Source: Hydrogenophilales bacterium
GTDB lineage: Bacteria > Pseudomonadota > Gammaproteobacteria > Burkholderiales > Thiobacillaceae
Direction: 5' to 3'
DNA length: 64,000 bases
Assembly: GCA_024636775.1 (NCBI GenBank)
Contig: JAGXGP010000108.1
Location: forward strand, 3,282 to 67,281
Below the pieces are notes generated by a model that had not been told where the DNA came from, searched no databases, and saw only the letters and a list, made by a program, of their open reading frames with translations. The position numbers and the translations under genes are program-made. Numbering within the stretch: position 1 is the first letter of the stretch; the number at the start of each line of letters is the position of its first letter. Below, piece after piece: positions 26,454-36,528 of this stretch.

Positions 26454-28091
26454 TCAAGCCCGGCCGCTGTCACTCCTGGCCGCCTCGACCACCTGCTCTA
26501 TGGATTCAAATGGCCGGCCGATCGCAAAGCCCTGGGCGTAATCCATTCCCAGCGAGCGGATCAACTCCAGCGCCATTGAATCTTCAACCGATTTGGCGGC
26601 TACTTCCATTTGGATGTCATGCAGCATGTCGGACATGTTTTTCACCAAGCCCTGCATTTTGGGTTTATCGGCAAGATCCCGGGTCAGGGTAGGGTGGATT
26701 TTCACCATGTCGACCGACAGGCCTTCCAGGTAATGCATGGACGTTGAGCCCACCCCGAAATCATCCAGTATTAGCGAGCAACCAAACGCCTTGATCTGGG
26801 CAGCGATCTCGCGCACTTTCCCCATGTTTTGCAACGCCGACATTTCAGCTATTTCAAAGCGAATCGTGTCATGCTGGCCCGGGTACTCCTGCAGCACCGC
26901 TTCCATTTGGGTCAGCAGATTTTCATCCTGTACGGTTTTGGCTGACAGGTTGACCGACACCCACACACTCTGGCTCGACGGAACGAGCGGCGTAAGTCTG
27001 CGCAAGGCTTTTCGGATGACCATGAGATCGATGACCGAGCTCAGGTTGGCGCGCTCGGCCGATTCCAGAAACAGGCCGGGTGAAATCAGATGCCCTTCAC
27101 GGTCTTCCATGCGCAGTAAGGCTTCGTAACCATCGGTCTGGCCGGTCTTGAGGTTCAGCAAGGGCTGGTACAACAACAAGAACTGATCGTTGTTCAGCGC
27201 GCGGCGAATGCGCGCTTCCCATTGCAGGTTGGCCTGCACGTGCTCAATTTCCGGTGCGGAGCCGCCATAAATACGCCAGCATCCTCTTCCGGCTTTTTTC
27301 GCCTCGTACATGGCCGCGTCGGCGCAAATCACGAGTTCGTGGGTGTCACGGGTGTGCTCTGGTACAGAGGCCAGCCCCACGCTGATGGAAGGCTGGAACG
27401 ATTCAGCACCGAAAACAAACTCAGCCTCGGAAAATGCAGTTATGACTTTATTGGCGACATGATGCGCTTGCGTGCCGGTTGTTTCCGGCAAAAACGCAAC
27501 GAATTCATCCCCCCCCCAGCGCGCGATCATGTCGGTGGTCCGTAAGGTCTGGCTCAGCACGTTAGCGGTCGAGGTCAGGTAATGATCGCCGGCCTCATGT
27601 CCATAATTGTCATTAATGCGTTTGAATTTATCCAGATCGAGAAACAGCAAGGTGCCTTTACGATTGTAGCGATCTGAATATTTCAACCAGCTGTCCAGAG
27701 TGTCCTGAAATCGGCGGCGATTCAGTAAGCCGGTCAGCGCATCGTGATCGGCCATATGGCTGATCAACTCATTGGCTTTGCGCGACTCATCCAGCGCGGT
27801 GCGCAGGGATTCGGTTTTATCGTAGACCTGTTGTTCAAGTGAATCGGCAAAATAGCGGATGTGATCCTGCCGGATGCCGGCAAATCGTGCAGCAAGCCCC
27901 AAAAACAAGGGGGCCGTATCGATCACATACAACAGGGTATTTGTATGGGCTTGCCTGATAACTTCAACCAGGGTGCTTGCCGCGCCAAGGTCTTCCACAA
28001 AGAACAAAAACAATATGGAAAAGACGGGAAAGCAAATGCCGAATACCGCACCATAAAGGGTATATTTGTTCGCCTCACTCCAGCTATTCAT
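26454..28091 (-). CDS. Membrane-anchored GGDEF-EAL protein
   Basis: Two TM helices; DALTGLLNRR; WGGDEF; EAL and DDFG motifs; GGAGG RBS before ATG 28091. Confidence 0.9.
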   Translation of the reverse strand: MNSWSEANKYTLYGAVFGICFPVFSILFLFFVEDLGAASTLVEVIRQAHTNTLLYVIDTAPLFLGLAARFAGIRQDHIRYFADSLEQQVYDKTESLRTALDESRKANELISHMADHDALTGLLNRRRFQDTLDSWLKYSDRYNRKGTLLFLDLDKFKRINDNYGHEAGDHYLTSTANVLSQTLRTTDMIARWGGDEFVAFLPETTGTQAHHVANKVITAFSEAEFVFGAESFQPSISVGLASVPEHTRDTHELVICADAAMYEAKKAGRGCWRIYGGSAPEIEHVQANLQWEARIRRALNNDQFLLLYQPLLNLKTGQTDGYEALLRMEDREGHLISPGLFLESAERANLSSVIDLMVIRKALRRLTPLVPSSQSVWVSVNLSAKTVQDENLLTQMEAVLQEYPGQHDTIRFEIAEMSALQNMGKVREIAAQIKAFGCSLILDDFGVGSTSMHYLEGLSVDMVKIHPTLTRDLADKPKMQGLVKNMSDMLHDIQMEVAAKSVEDSMALELIRSLGMDYAQGFAIGRPFESIEQVVEAARSDSGRA

Positions 28092-28419
28092 GCTGCCTCC
28101 AAAACTGCCCCCGGCTGTATTTGATATGTGGGTGCCTTTTATTTTAAGCACCTTTATCACGAATATGCTCCAATCCATTGTTACTTCGGTTATTTCGAAA
28201 CAACAGTGTCTTTTTTGTCCTTTCCGGCCTTTTGCGCGTGGCACGGGCAAAGTGGACCTCAACCAAAGCTTGATCAAGCCTGCACGCTATATTTAGCGTG
28301 CCTACTCATGCAAGGCAGAACACGCCGGCATCCAATCGTGCATTTAGCCAATATAATGATCACAAACCCAATGATTGCGGGTCATTCCACTCAAGTTTTG
28401 ATGTAAAGAAGAAGTAGCC

Positions 28420-28689
28420 ATGTCTGAAGCAAACCCTGAATTACAAAATGAGGTCGCAGGCCTCATCGTCTCTGCCCTTAACCTTGACGTCAGCCCCGAA
28501 GAAATTCCAGCCGATACCCCACTCTACGGTGATGGCCTGGGACTCGACTCGATCGACATACTGGAAGTGGCGCTGGTGGTGTCCAAGCGGTATGGATTCC
28601 AGTTGCGCGCTGACAATGCGGACAACGTGAAAATTTTCAGCTCGCTGGCCAGCCTGACTCAACACATCGCGGCGAACAAAACCAAATGA
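28420..28689 (+). CDS. Acyl carrier protein (XanC/ApeE-like)
   Basis: GLGLDSIDILE phosphopantetheine motif. Confidence 0.9.
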   Translation: MSEANPELQNEVAGLIVSALNLDVSPEEIPADTPLYGDGLGLDSIDILEVALVVSKRYGFQLRADNADNVKIFSSLASLTQHIAANKTK

Positions 28690-29363
28690 GCATTCCCCTG
28701 GCACGCGCGGTCCGTTGGGGCGTTATCGCTGCCGGGGCGATTACTTACCCTGTTCTGGCGCACTACAGTACGACCCCCGCCGCAGTCACGTCGATGCCCT
28801 GGCTTGGGGTCGGTACTTCACTGACACCCTCGCTTGCCATCCTGCTTTTCATGACCTGGAATTCACCCAGGAAGCCCGCCATGCTGCTGCTGTGCGCGGT
28901 CGTCGGCATGTTGCTGTGGGGATTCTGGGGCATGCTGGAACGCAATTTCACTTGGGCCTATTTCATCCAGCATGCCGGCACGAACCTGATGCTGGCGGCG
29001 ATGTTCGGGATGACGCTGACGCGCGGCCGGCAAGCCTTGTGCTCCCGTTTTGCCGAAGCCGTGCACGGCAGCCTGGAACCCGAGGTGTTGCGTTACACGC
29101 GCCAGCTCACGTTGGCCTGGACGCTGTTTTTCATCTCGGTCAGCGGGGTTTCCGCCCTGCTGTTTGCCTTTGCCCCGATTGAAACCTGGTCGGTTTTTGC
29201 CAACTTTCTGACCTTTCCGCTGGTCATTTTGATGTTTGTCGTCGAATTTCTGGTTCGCCTGCGCAAGCTGCCGAATCTGGAACGGCACAACATTCTGGAC
29301 GGCGTACGGGCTTTCTGGAAGCCCTCTCAAGAGCGTTCTGCAGACACGCCGCCAGTTCGCTAG
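28686..29363 (+). CDS. Aryl-polyene cluster membrane protein
   Basis: FG.TL..G....SRFA and YTR.LT.AW..FF motifs; cluster context. Confidence 0.8.
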   Translation: MSIPLARAVRWGVIAAGAITYPVLAHYSTTPAAVTSMPWLGVGTSLTPSLAILLFMTWNSPRKPAMLLLCAVVGMLLWGFWGMLERNFTWAYFIQHAGTNLMLAAMFGMTLTRGRQALCSRFAEAVHGSLEPEVLRYTRQLTLAWTLFFISVSGVSALLFAFAPIETWSVFANFLTFPLVILMFVVEFLVRLRKLPNLERHNILDGVRAFWKPSQERSADTPPVR

Positions 29364-29379
29364 TCAGGTTTCGTTTGCC

Positions 29380-30741
29380 ATGTCGACCCTGCCGCTCATC
29401 GCCCACCGCACACTCGACGCCATCGTTGCGTGGCGTCATTGTGCACCTGTCAGCGCGAGGCAGTTCTTGAGCGAAGTGGATTACGTTGTCAGTCTGTTGC
29501 CGCAAGGCCGGCATGTGCTGAACCTGTGCAGCGACCGTTACCGTTTCGCGGTTTCGCTGGCGGCCTGTATTGTCAGTGGTCGCGTCAGCCTGTTGCCCTC
29601 CACCCACACCGCGGAAACAGTTCGGCAGATGCAGCGCATCAGCCCGGACGTGTTTTGCATCACTGACCAGGCAAACAGCAGCGCGTATTTACCTACCTTC
29701 CGCTACCCCGAGTCGGTGCCGGCGGCCGCGGCGAATCCAGCCATTCCCGCAATCGAGTGTGATCAGGTGATCGCCGAGGTATTCACCTCCGGCTCGAGCG
29801 GTCTGCCGGTCCCCCACACCAAGCGCTGGGGCAGTCTGGTGAAGAACGCGCGAGCCGAAGCTGAGCGGCTAGGCGTGAACACCACCCATGCCATTCTCGG
29901 CACCGTGCCGCCGCAACACATGTATGGCCTGGAATCGACGGTTCTGATGCCATGGCAAAGTGGCGCCGCGCTGCATGCTGGCCACCCGTTTTACCCCGCG
30001 GATATTTGCGCCCAGCTGGCCGAATTGCCGCGTCCCCGAATGCTGGTGACCACACCCTTCCATCTGCGCACCCTGCTCACGGATCAGGCGACGCTGCCGG
30101 CGGTTGACCAGTTGCTCTCGGCCACCGCCCCGCTGTCGCAAACCCTGGCATGCGAGGCCGAAGCGCGTTTTGGCGCGCCATTGCACGAAATTTACGGGTG
30201 CACCGAGGCCGGACAAATCGCCTCGCGCCGCACCGCCGTCGATATCGAATGGCAGACGCTGCCGAATGTGGTGTTGGACCGCGATACGGAAACGCTATGG
30301 GCAGTAGGCGGCCACATCGACGCCCCCACCCCGCTGAGCGACGTGATCGAACTCCTCGGCGACGGCCCGAAGTGGACGCATTTTCTGCTCCTCGGCCGCC
30401 ATGCCGATCTCGTCAATATCGCTGGCAAGCGTACCTCGCTGGCCTACCTCAATCATCAGCTGAACGCCATTCCTGGCGTACTCGACGGCGTTTTTCTGCA
30501 ACCCGAACGGGTCCACGCTGAAGACATCGGTCGGCTCACCGCGCTGGTGGTGGCCCCCAGCCTCACCCCTGCCGCGCTGATCCAGGCACTGCGCGAGTGC
30601 ATCGACCCGACTTTTTTGCCGCGGCCGTTATTGTTTGTTGACACCCTGCCGCGCAACGCCACCGGCAAGCTGCCCGAACAGATGGCGCGCAATCTGCTGG
30701 CCAGCCTGCAGGCCCCGCCGACAAACCGGGTGCTGTCATGA
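29380..30741 (+). CDS. AMP-binding aryl/acyl-ACP ligase (XanA2-like)
   Basis: FTSGSSGLP, YGCTEAG, LPRNATGK motifs. Confidence 0.85.
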   Translation: MSTLPLIAHRTLDAIVAWRHCAPVSARQFLSEVDYVVSLLPQGRHVLNLCSDRYRFAVSLAACIVSGRVSLLPSTHTAETVRQMQRISPDVFCITDQANSSAYLPTFRYPESVPAAAANPAIPAIECDQVIAEVFTSGSSGLPVPHTKRWGSLVKNARAEAERLGVNTTHAILGTVPPQHMYGLESTVLMPWQSGAALHAGHPFYPADICAQLAELPRPRMLVTTPFHLRTLLTDQATLPAVDQLLSATAPLSQTLACEAEARFGAPLHEIYGCTEAGQIASRRTAVDIEWQTLPNVVLDRDTETLWAVGGHIDAPTPLSDVIELLGDGPKWTHFLLLGRHADLVNIAGKRTSLAYLNHQLNAIPGVLDGVFLQPERVHAEDIGRLTALVVAPSLTPAALIQALRECIDPTFLPRPLLFVDTLPRNATGKLPEQMARNLLASLQAPPTNRVLS

Positions 30742-31052
30742 GCGAGTCCATGCTGACTTTGACCATCCCGGCTGACCATCCAGCGTACGCCGGGCACTTT
30801 CCGGGGCAGCCCATCCTTCCCGGCGTCGTGCTGCTCGATGCCGCGATGCATGCCCTGGCCAAGGTGCAGGGCAGCCCGGCCGCAAGCGGACAAATCAAGT
30901 CGGCGAAATTTCTCAGCCCGGTATTACCCGGCGAACCGCTGGCGCTGTATTACTCCGCGTCGGCCGCGGGCGGATTTCGATTCGAACTCCGCAGCGATGC
31001 GCGCGTGGTCGCGAGTGGTGCCGTCGATTTCGCGCAGGCCTCGCTGGGATGA
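30738..31052 (+). CDS. FabA/FabZ-like hotdog dehydratase
   Basis: HPAYAGHFPGQPILPGV. Confidence 0.85.
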   Translation: MSESMLTLTIPADHPAYAGHFPGQPILPGVVLLDAAMHALAKVQGSPAASGQIKSAKFLSPVLPGEPLALYYSASAAGGFRFELRSDARVVASGAVDFAQASLG

Positions 31053-31990
31053 ACGCATCGGAACCGCAACCTGCCCACTCGCCCACCCCGCAGGCGGAAT
31101 GGGCACAACGTCCAGAACGCAGCAACCAAATCATGCTGCAAGTCATCAGCTGGATTTCACTGCATCTGGGACGTGCACCTGCCCGCATCATGCTGGCTGG
31201 GATCAGTCTCTATTTTCTGCTTTTCTCGCCGGCGGACAGGGCCAATTCGCGCGCCTATCTGCGCCGGGCGCTGGGGCGCGAACCGCGTCTCGCCGACTTG
31301 TTTCGACACTTTCACAGTTTTGCCTCCACCATCCACGACCGGATTTTTCTGCTGAATGGGCGCTTCGACCTGTTTGAGATCGAGGTGCACGGCAAGGCTG
31401 TCATCGATGAGGTGCTGGCGGCTGGGCGCGGCGCATTTCTGATGGGGGCACACATGGGCAGCTTTGAGGTGACGCGCGCCATCGGTCGCAACCAACCCGA
31501 TCTTAAAGTGGCGATGGTCATGTACGAGGACAACGCCCGCAAGCTCAACGCCGCGCTGGCTGCCATCAACCCGGCGGCAGTGCTGGAGATTATTCCGCTG
31601 GGGCAGATCGACTCGATGCTGCGGGTGCAATCCAGCCTCGATGACGGCGTGGCACTCGGCATCCTGAGCGACCGTACGCTCAGCGGCGACCCCACGCTGC
31701 GACTGCCCTTTCTGGGCGCCGATGCCGAGTTTCCAGTCGGCCCCATGCGCCTGGCTGCCATGCTGAAACGGCCGGTGCTGTTCATGAGCGGACTCTATCT
31801 GGGCGGTAACCGCTACGCCGTTCATTTCGAGCAGCTGGCCGATTTCAGTGACCTCGAACGGGCCGGGCGCGATGCCGCCATCCACACTGCAGTCGCAGCC
31901 TATGCCACCTGTCTGGAACGCCATTGCCGCACCGCGCCCTATAACTGGTTTAACTTCTTCGATTTCTGGCGCCCCAAGGATGCCGCCTAA
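31049..31990 (+). CDS. LpxL-like acyltransferase
   Basis: GAHMGSFE motif; C-terminal PYNWFNFFDFW. Confidence 0.85.
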   Translation: MNASEPQPAHSPTPQAEWAQRPERSNQIMLQVISWISLHLGRAPARIMLAGISLYFLLFSPADRANSRAYLRRALGREPRLADLFRHFHSFASTIHDRIFLLNGRFDLFEIEVHGKAVIDEVLAAGRGAFLMGAHMGSFEVTRAIGRNQPDLKVAMVMYEDNARKLNAALAAINPAAVLEIIPLGQIDSMLRVQSSLDDGVALGILSDRTLSGDPTLRLPFLGADAEFPVGPMRLAAMLKRPVLFMSGLYLGGNRYAVHFEQLADFSDLERAGRDAAIHTAVAAYATCLERHCRTAPYNWFNFFDFWRPKDAA

Positions 31991-31993
31991 ACC

Positions 31994-32578
31994 ATGACCC
32001 CATCCGCTTATTTACGACTCGCCGCGCTGGCTTTGCTGGCACTGTTTCTCAGCCCGACCGTGCAGGCCGCACCGCTGAGCATTGCGCAGTTGATGGCCAA
32101 CCTGGCGAAGAATCCGCAAGGTGCCGCCACCTTCACCGAGAAAAAATTCATTTCCATCCTCGAGCAGCCCGTCGAGTCATCCGGCGAACTGCTGTTCATC
32201 GCGCCTTCCCGCCTGGAAAAGCGCACCCTGAAGCCACGCCCCGAGTCCATGGTGCTCGACGGCGAAACGCTCACATTGGAACGCGGCCGCCGCAAGCACG
32301 TCCTGCAGCTCAAGGACTACCCGGAGGTGGCCGGCATGATCGAGAGCATTCGCGCCACGCTGGCCGGGGACCGCAAGGCGCTGGAACGGGTTTACCACTT
32401 GGCCCTGGATGGCGACACTGAACGCTGGACGCTGGTCCTCACGCCACTCGACGCCAAGGTCGGCAAGGTCATCGCACGTATCCGGATGAGCGGCAGCCGG
32501 GATGGGGTACGCAGCGTCGAAATTCTCCAGGCGGATGGCGACAGCTCGTTGATGACGATCGAAAAGCTGGCATCGTAA
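31994..32578 (+). CDS. LolA-like periplasmic carrier
   Basis: Signal peptide; FTEKK..L..P..SSG.L...P. Confidence 0.8.
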   Translation: MTPSAYLRLAALALLALFLSPTVQAAPLSIAQLMANLAKNPQGAATFTEKKFISILEQPVESSGELLFIAPSRLEKRTLKPRPESMVLDGETLTLERGRRKHVLQLKDYPEVAGMIESIRATLAGDRKALERVYHLALDGDTERWTLVLTPLDAKVGKVIARIRMSGSRDGVRSVEILQADGDSSLMTIEKLAS

Positions 32579-34932
32579 TGGTCCAATCGCGCCGTCATGG
32601 CATCACCGCCATCGTGCTATGGCTGCTTTTTTTGCTGGCTTGCGCCGGCGTCATTAGCCGCACCCACTTCACCACTGACTTGTCGGCCTTTTTGCCGCGC
32701 TCCCCCACGCCCGAGCAACAGTTGCTCATGGATCAACTGCGTGACGGCCTGGCCTCGCGCCTGATTCTGGTGGGCATAGAAGGCGCCGACGCACCCACTC
32801 GCGCCCGGCTTTCCATACAAACCGCCTTGCGACTGCGCGCCGACCCGGCTTTTGTCGGCGTCAATAATGGCGAGCCGGTCAACGCCGAGCGCGACCGCGC
32901 CTTTCTGTTTGACCATCGTTACCTGCTGAGCCCGGCCGTGTCGCCAGAACGCTTTAGCATTGACGGCCTGCATGCTGCCTTGGGCGACAGCATCGATCTG
33001 CTGGCCTCGCCCGCCGGCTTGATGGTCAAATCCATCCTGCCGCGCGACCCGACCGGCGAAATGGTGCAATTGCTCGATCAGCTCAACAGCGGCTCCCAGC
33101 CAAATCTGGTGGATGGCGCATGGGCATCTCGCGACGGCACCCGCGCCTTGATGCTGATGCAAACGCGCGCATCGGGCAGCGACACCGATGCCCAGCAAAG
33201 CGCCATGGCCGCCATTCAGCAGGCGTTCGACCAGGCCGCTGGCACGAACGCCTCCGCCCAGCTGGTGATGACTGGTCCCGGCGTGTTTTCGGTGACCTCG
33301 CGCGACACCATCAAGCGCCAGGTCACCCGTCTGTCCATCATCAGCCTGACCCTCATCGCCACGCTGCTGTTGCTGGTTTATCGATCCTTCAGCGCACTGG
33401 GATTGGGGTTGCTGCCCGTGATCAGCGGCGCGCTGGCGGGCATTGCGGCAGTCAGCCTGGGTTTTGGCGAGGTGCACGGCATCACGCTAGGATTTGGCAC
33501 GGCCCTGATCGGCGAGGCGGTGGATTATTCCATCTATCTGTTTGTGCAATCGGAACAGAACCGTGCCGATCGGCAAAACTGGCTCAAGCGCCACTGGCCC
33601 ACCATCCGCCTCGGCGTGCTGACCTCGATCTTCGGCTTTGCCTCGCTGTTGCTGTCCGGCTTTCCGGGTTTGGCACAACTCGGCTTGTACGCCATTGCCG
33701 GACTGGTCGCGGCTGCAACGGTGACACGCTTCGTCCTGCCTTCGCTGCTGCCGGCCAACTTCCGAATTCATGATGTTTCGGCGATCGGTCTCACCCTGTC
33801 TCGCTGGGTGAATCGCGCGGCCGTCTTGCGCTGGCCTGCCCTGATGGTGTTGATGGCGGCCTGCATCATCGTGGTCGTTAATCGCGACAGCATATGGAAT
33901 GACAAAATCGCGTCGCTCAGTCCAGTGTCGCAAGCCGATGTGGAGCTTGATACCCGTTTGCGCGCCGACATGGGTGCGCCGGATGTGCGCTATCTGGTCG
34001 TCGTCTCGGGTGTGGATCAGGAAGCCGTATTGCGTGCATCCGAGCAGGTATCCACGCGGCTGCAAACCCTGGTCGAGCAAGGCGAACTCGCCGGGTTCGA
34101 GAGCCCCAGCCGTTATCTTCCCAGCACGGACATGCAGCGCGCGCGCCAGGCCAGCCTGCCCAATCGCCCCGAACTGGAAACACGGCTGGCGCAGGCCGTT
34201 CAAGGTCACCCTGTGCGCGCAGAATTGTTTGCGCCGTTTCTGGACGATGCCACTGCTGCGAAAAAGCAACCCTTGCTGCAAACAGCCGACCTGCAGCAGA
34301 CCTCAATGGCGATGGCGGTCGATGCCTTGCTGATTCAGCAAAAGCAGCAATGGCGCGCCTTGCTGCCCCTGACCGCACCCGAAGGCGTCGACATCAACGC
34401 CGATCACCTGCGGGCGGCATTGGACGGCATGCCTGATGTGCTGTTTGTGGACATGAAGGCCGAGTCGGATCGCCTGTATTCGGGCTACTTGAAGGAAGCC
34501 ATCGGGTTGTCGCTTGGCGGGCTGGCGGCCATTATCGGTTTGCTGCTGGTGGTGTTTCGTTCGCCCCTGCGGGTGCTACGCATCATCGCGCCACTGGCCG
34601 CTGCGGTCATTACTGTCACGGCAGGATTAAGCCTGCTCGGCCAGCAAATGATCATCTTGCATTTGGTGGGTTTGTTGCTGGTGGTTGCCGTGGGCTCGAA
34701 TTACGCGCTGTTTTTTGATCGGCCCGATCCGCACACGCCCATCCTGCCGCGCACACTGGCTTCGATGCTGTTTGCCAGTCTCACCACCGTCGCCGGTTTT
34801 GGCCTGCTGGCGTTTTCCAGCGTATCCCTCTTGCAGGCAATGGGCGTGACTGTCGCGCCGGGCGTCCTGCTGGCGTTGTTGTATTCGGCGATTTTTGCCC
34901 GCCAATCCAAGGCAAGTTCATCCCATGTTTAA
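32578..34932 (+). CDS. MMPL/RND-family exporter
   Basis: Two TM clusters with periplasmic loops; GEAVDYSIY. Confidence 0.85.
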   Translation: MVQSRRHGITAIVLWLLFLLACAGVISRTHFTTDLSAFLPRSPTPEQQLLMDQLRDGLASRLILVGIEGADAPTRARLSIQTALRLRADPAFVGVNNGEPVNAERDRAFLFDHRYLLSPAVSPERFSIDGLHAALGDSIDLLASPAGLMVKSILPRDPTGEMVQLLDQLNSGSQPNLVDGAWASRDGTRALMLMQTRASGSDTDAQQSAMAAIQQAFDQAAGTNASAQLVMTGPGVFSVTSRDTIKRQVTRLSIISLTLIATLLLLVYRSFSALGLGLLPVISGALAGIAAVSLGFGEVHGITLGFGTALIGEAVDYSIYLFVQSEQNRADRQNWLKRHWPTIRLGVLTSIFGFASLLLSGFPGLAQLGLYAIAGLVAAATVTRFVLPSLLPANFRIHDVSAIGLTLSRWVNRAAVLRWPALMVLMAACIIVVVNRDSIWNDKIASLSPVSQADVELDTRLRADMGAPDVRYLVVVSGVDQEAVLRASEQVSTRLQTLVEQGELAGFESPSRYLPSTDMQRARQASLPNRPELETRLAQAVQGHPVRAELFAPFLDDATAAKKQPLLQTADLQQTSMAMAVDALLIQQKQQWRALLPLTAPEGVDINADHLRAALDGMPDVLFVDMKAESDRLYSGYLKEAIGLSLGGLAAIIGLLLVVFRSPLRVLRIIAPLAAAVITVTAGLSLLGQQMIILHLVGLLLVVAVGSNYALFFDRPDPHTPILPRTLASMLFASLTTVAGFGLLAFSSVSLLQAMGVTVAPGVLLALLYSAIFARQSKASSSHV

Positions 34933-35728
34933 TTCAGCCTGGAACCCCACCCTGTTGATCCGCGCGACCTTCGTGCTGCATGGGCTGGCGTTGCTGGCCG
35001 TGATCGTAGCGCCGGCGCAATGGCGCTGGGTGCTGGGCGCCTTGATCGTCAATCACCTGTTGCTGACTGCCACAGGATTATGGCCGCGCAGCACCTGGCT
35101 TGGACCGAACTGGTTAAGGCTGCCCGCCGCCGCCACGGCACGAAATGAAATCGCGCTGACTATCGATGATGGTCCCGACCCCCTGGTGACGCCGCAAGTG
35201 CTGGACATTCTGGATCGACATGGCGCACAAGCCACGTTTTTTTGTGTCGGCGAAAAGGCGGCGCGCTACCCGGATCTGTGTCGGGAAATCATCCGCCGCG
35301 GTCATTCCGTGGAAAACCATAGCCAACACCACCGCCACACCTTTTCCCTGCTGGGTCCGCGGGGTTTCAGGCGTGAACTGGAAGCCGCACAACACACGCT
35401 CAGCCAGATCACCGGTCAACGCCCTGTGTTTTTTCGGGCCCCGGCCGGCTTGCGCAATCCGTTTCTCGATCCCGTTCTGGCACAGCTTGGCTTAACACTC
35501 GCCAGCTGGTCGGCACGGGGTTTCGACACCCGGATCGGTGATACCAAGCGGGTCAAGCATGCGCTATTACATGGGCTGCGGGCGGGAGCGATCTTGTTGT
35601 TGCACGATGGCAATGCCGCACGAACATCCCATGGCGTTCCGGTTATTCTCGACGTGCTGCCAGCCGTGCTGGAGTCAGCCGCCGCCGCTGGATTGAACTT
35701 TGTCAGCTTGCGAAATGCCCACTCATGA
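34925..35728 (+). CDS. Polysaccharide deacetylase (NodB/CE4)
   Basis: TIDDGP, HSQHH, FRAPAG, ILLLHD. Confidence 0.9.
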   Translation: MFNSAWNPTLLIRATFVLHGLALLAVIVAPAQWRWVLGALIVNHLLLTATGLWPRSTWLGPNWLRLPAAATARNEIALTIDDGPDPLVTPQVLDILDRHGAQATFFCVGEKAARYPDLCREIIRRGHSVENHSQHHRHTFSLLGPRGFRRELEAAQHTLSQITGQRPVFFRAPAGLRNPFLDPVLAQLGLTLASWSARGFDTRIGDTKRVKHALLHGLRAGAILLLHDGNAARTSHGVPVILDVLPAVLESAAAAGLNFVSLRNAHS

Positions 35729-35794
35729 CCGCCACACAACACATGGCTCGGCGCAGTCGCGTCCCGGAGCGCTCACTTTGAAATCAGGACAACC

Positions 35795-36472
35795 TTGAAA
35801 ACCAGTCAGCCAACGCCCTGGTATCGACAGATAGCAGCAGCACTCACCCAACACAAGCTGCTGAAAGCAATCGGCACGCCGCTTTTTATCGCCGTGTTTT
35901 TCGGCGCGTATTTCTACGTGCTGAAAAACCCGGTCTACCCGACCACGGTGATGCCACTGACCTGGCTGGATCAGATGATCAATTTTCAGCCGCAGGCCAT
36001 GTCGCTGTATGCCTCATTGTGGGTGTATGTTTCGCTGCCCCCGGCCCTGCTCACGGCGCGGCACGAAGTCTATCGGTATGTCATGGGGATGACCGGAACC
36101 TGCCTGGCTGGACTGTTTGTTTTTTTCTTCTGGCCCACCGCCGTTCCCGCAGCCGATATCGACTGGGCTCTCTATCCTGGCGTGGATTTTCTCAAGAACA
36201 TCGATGCCGCAGGCAATGCCTTCCCTTCGCTGCATGTCGCCACGGCCTTTTTTTCGGGGATCTGGCTGGATCACCTGCTACGTCGGTTCGGCGCACCAAG
36301 GTGGAGCCGGCTATTAAACTGGGTATGGTGTATCGGTATCATTTATTCCACCCTCGCCACCCGCCAGCATGTGGCGGTCGATGTGTGGGGCGGTATGGCG
36401 CTGGGGGGCATGGTGGCCTGGTTGTCATTGCGACGGTATGCGAACATCGCACGAAGTCCCGACCGGACGTGA
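35795..36472 (+). CDS. PAP2-family membrane phosphatase/phosphotransferase
   Basis: NAFPSLH and STLATRQH..VD. Confidence 0.85.
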   Translation: MKTSQPTPWYRQIAAALTQHKLLKAIGTPLFIAVFFGAYFYVLKNPVYPTTVMPLTWLDQMINFQPQAMSLYASLWVYVSLPPALLTARHEVYRYVMGMTGTCLAGLFVFFFWPTAVPAADIDWALYPGVDFLKNIDAAGNAFPSLHVATAFFSGIWLDHLLRRFGAPRWSRLLNWVWCIGIIYSTLATRQHVAVDVWGGMALGGMVAWLSLRRYANIARSPDRT

Positions 36473-36528
36473 AGAACCCCGCCGGTGAAATCAATTACAA
36501 ACGCTCTACATCTGAATAGGTTGACGGG

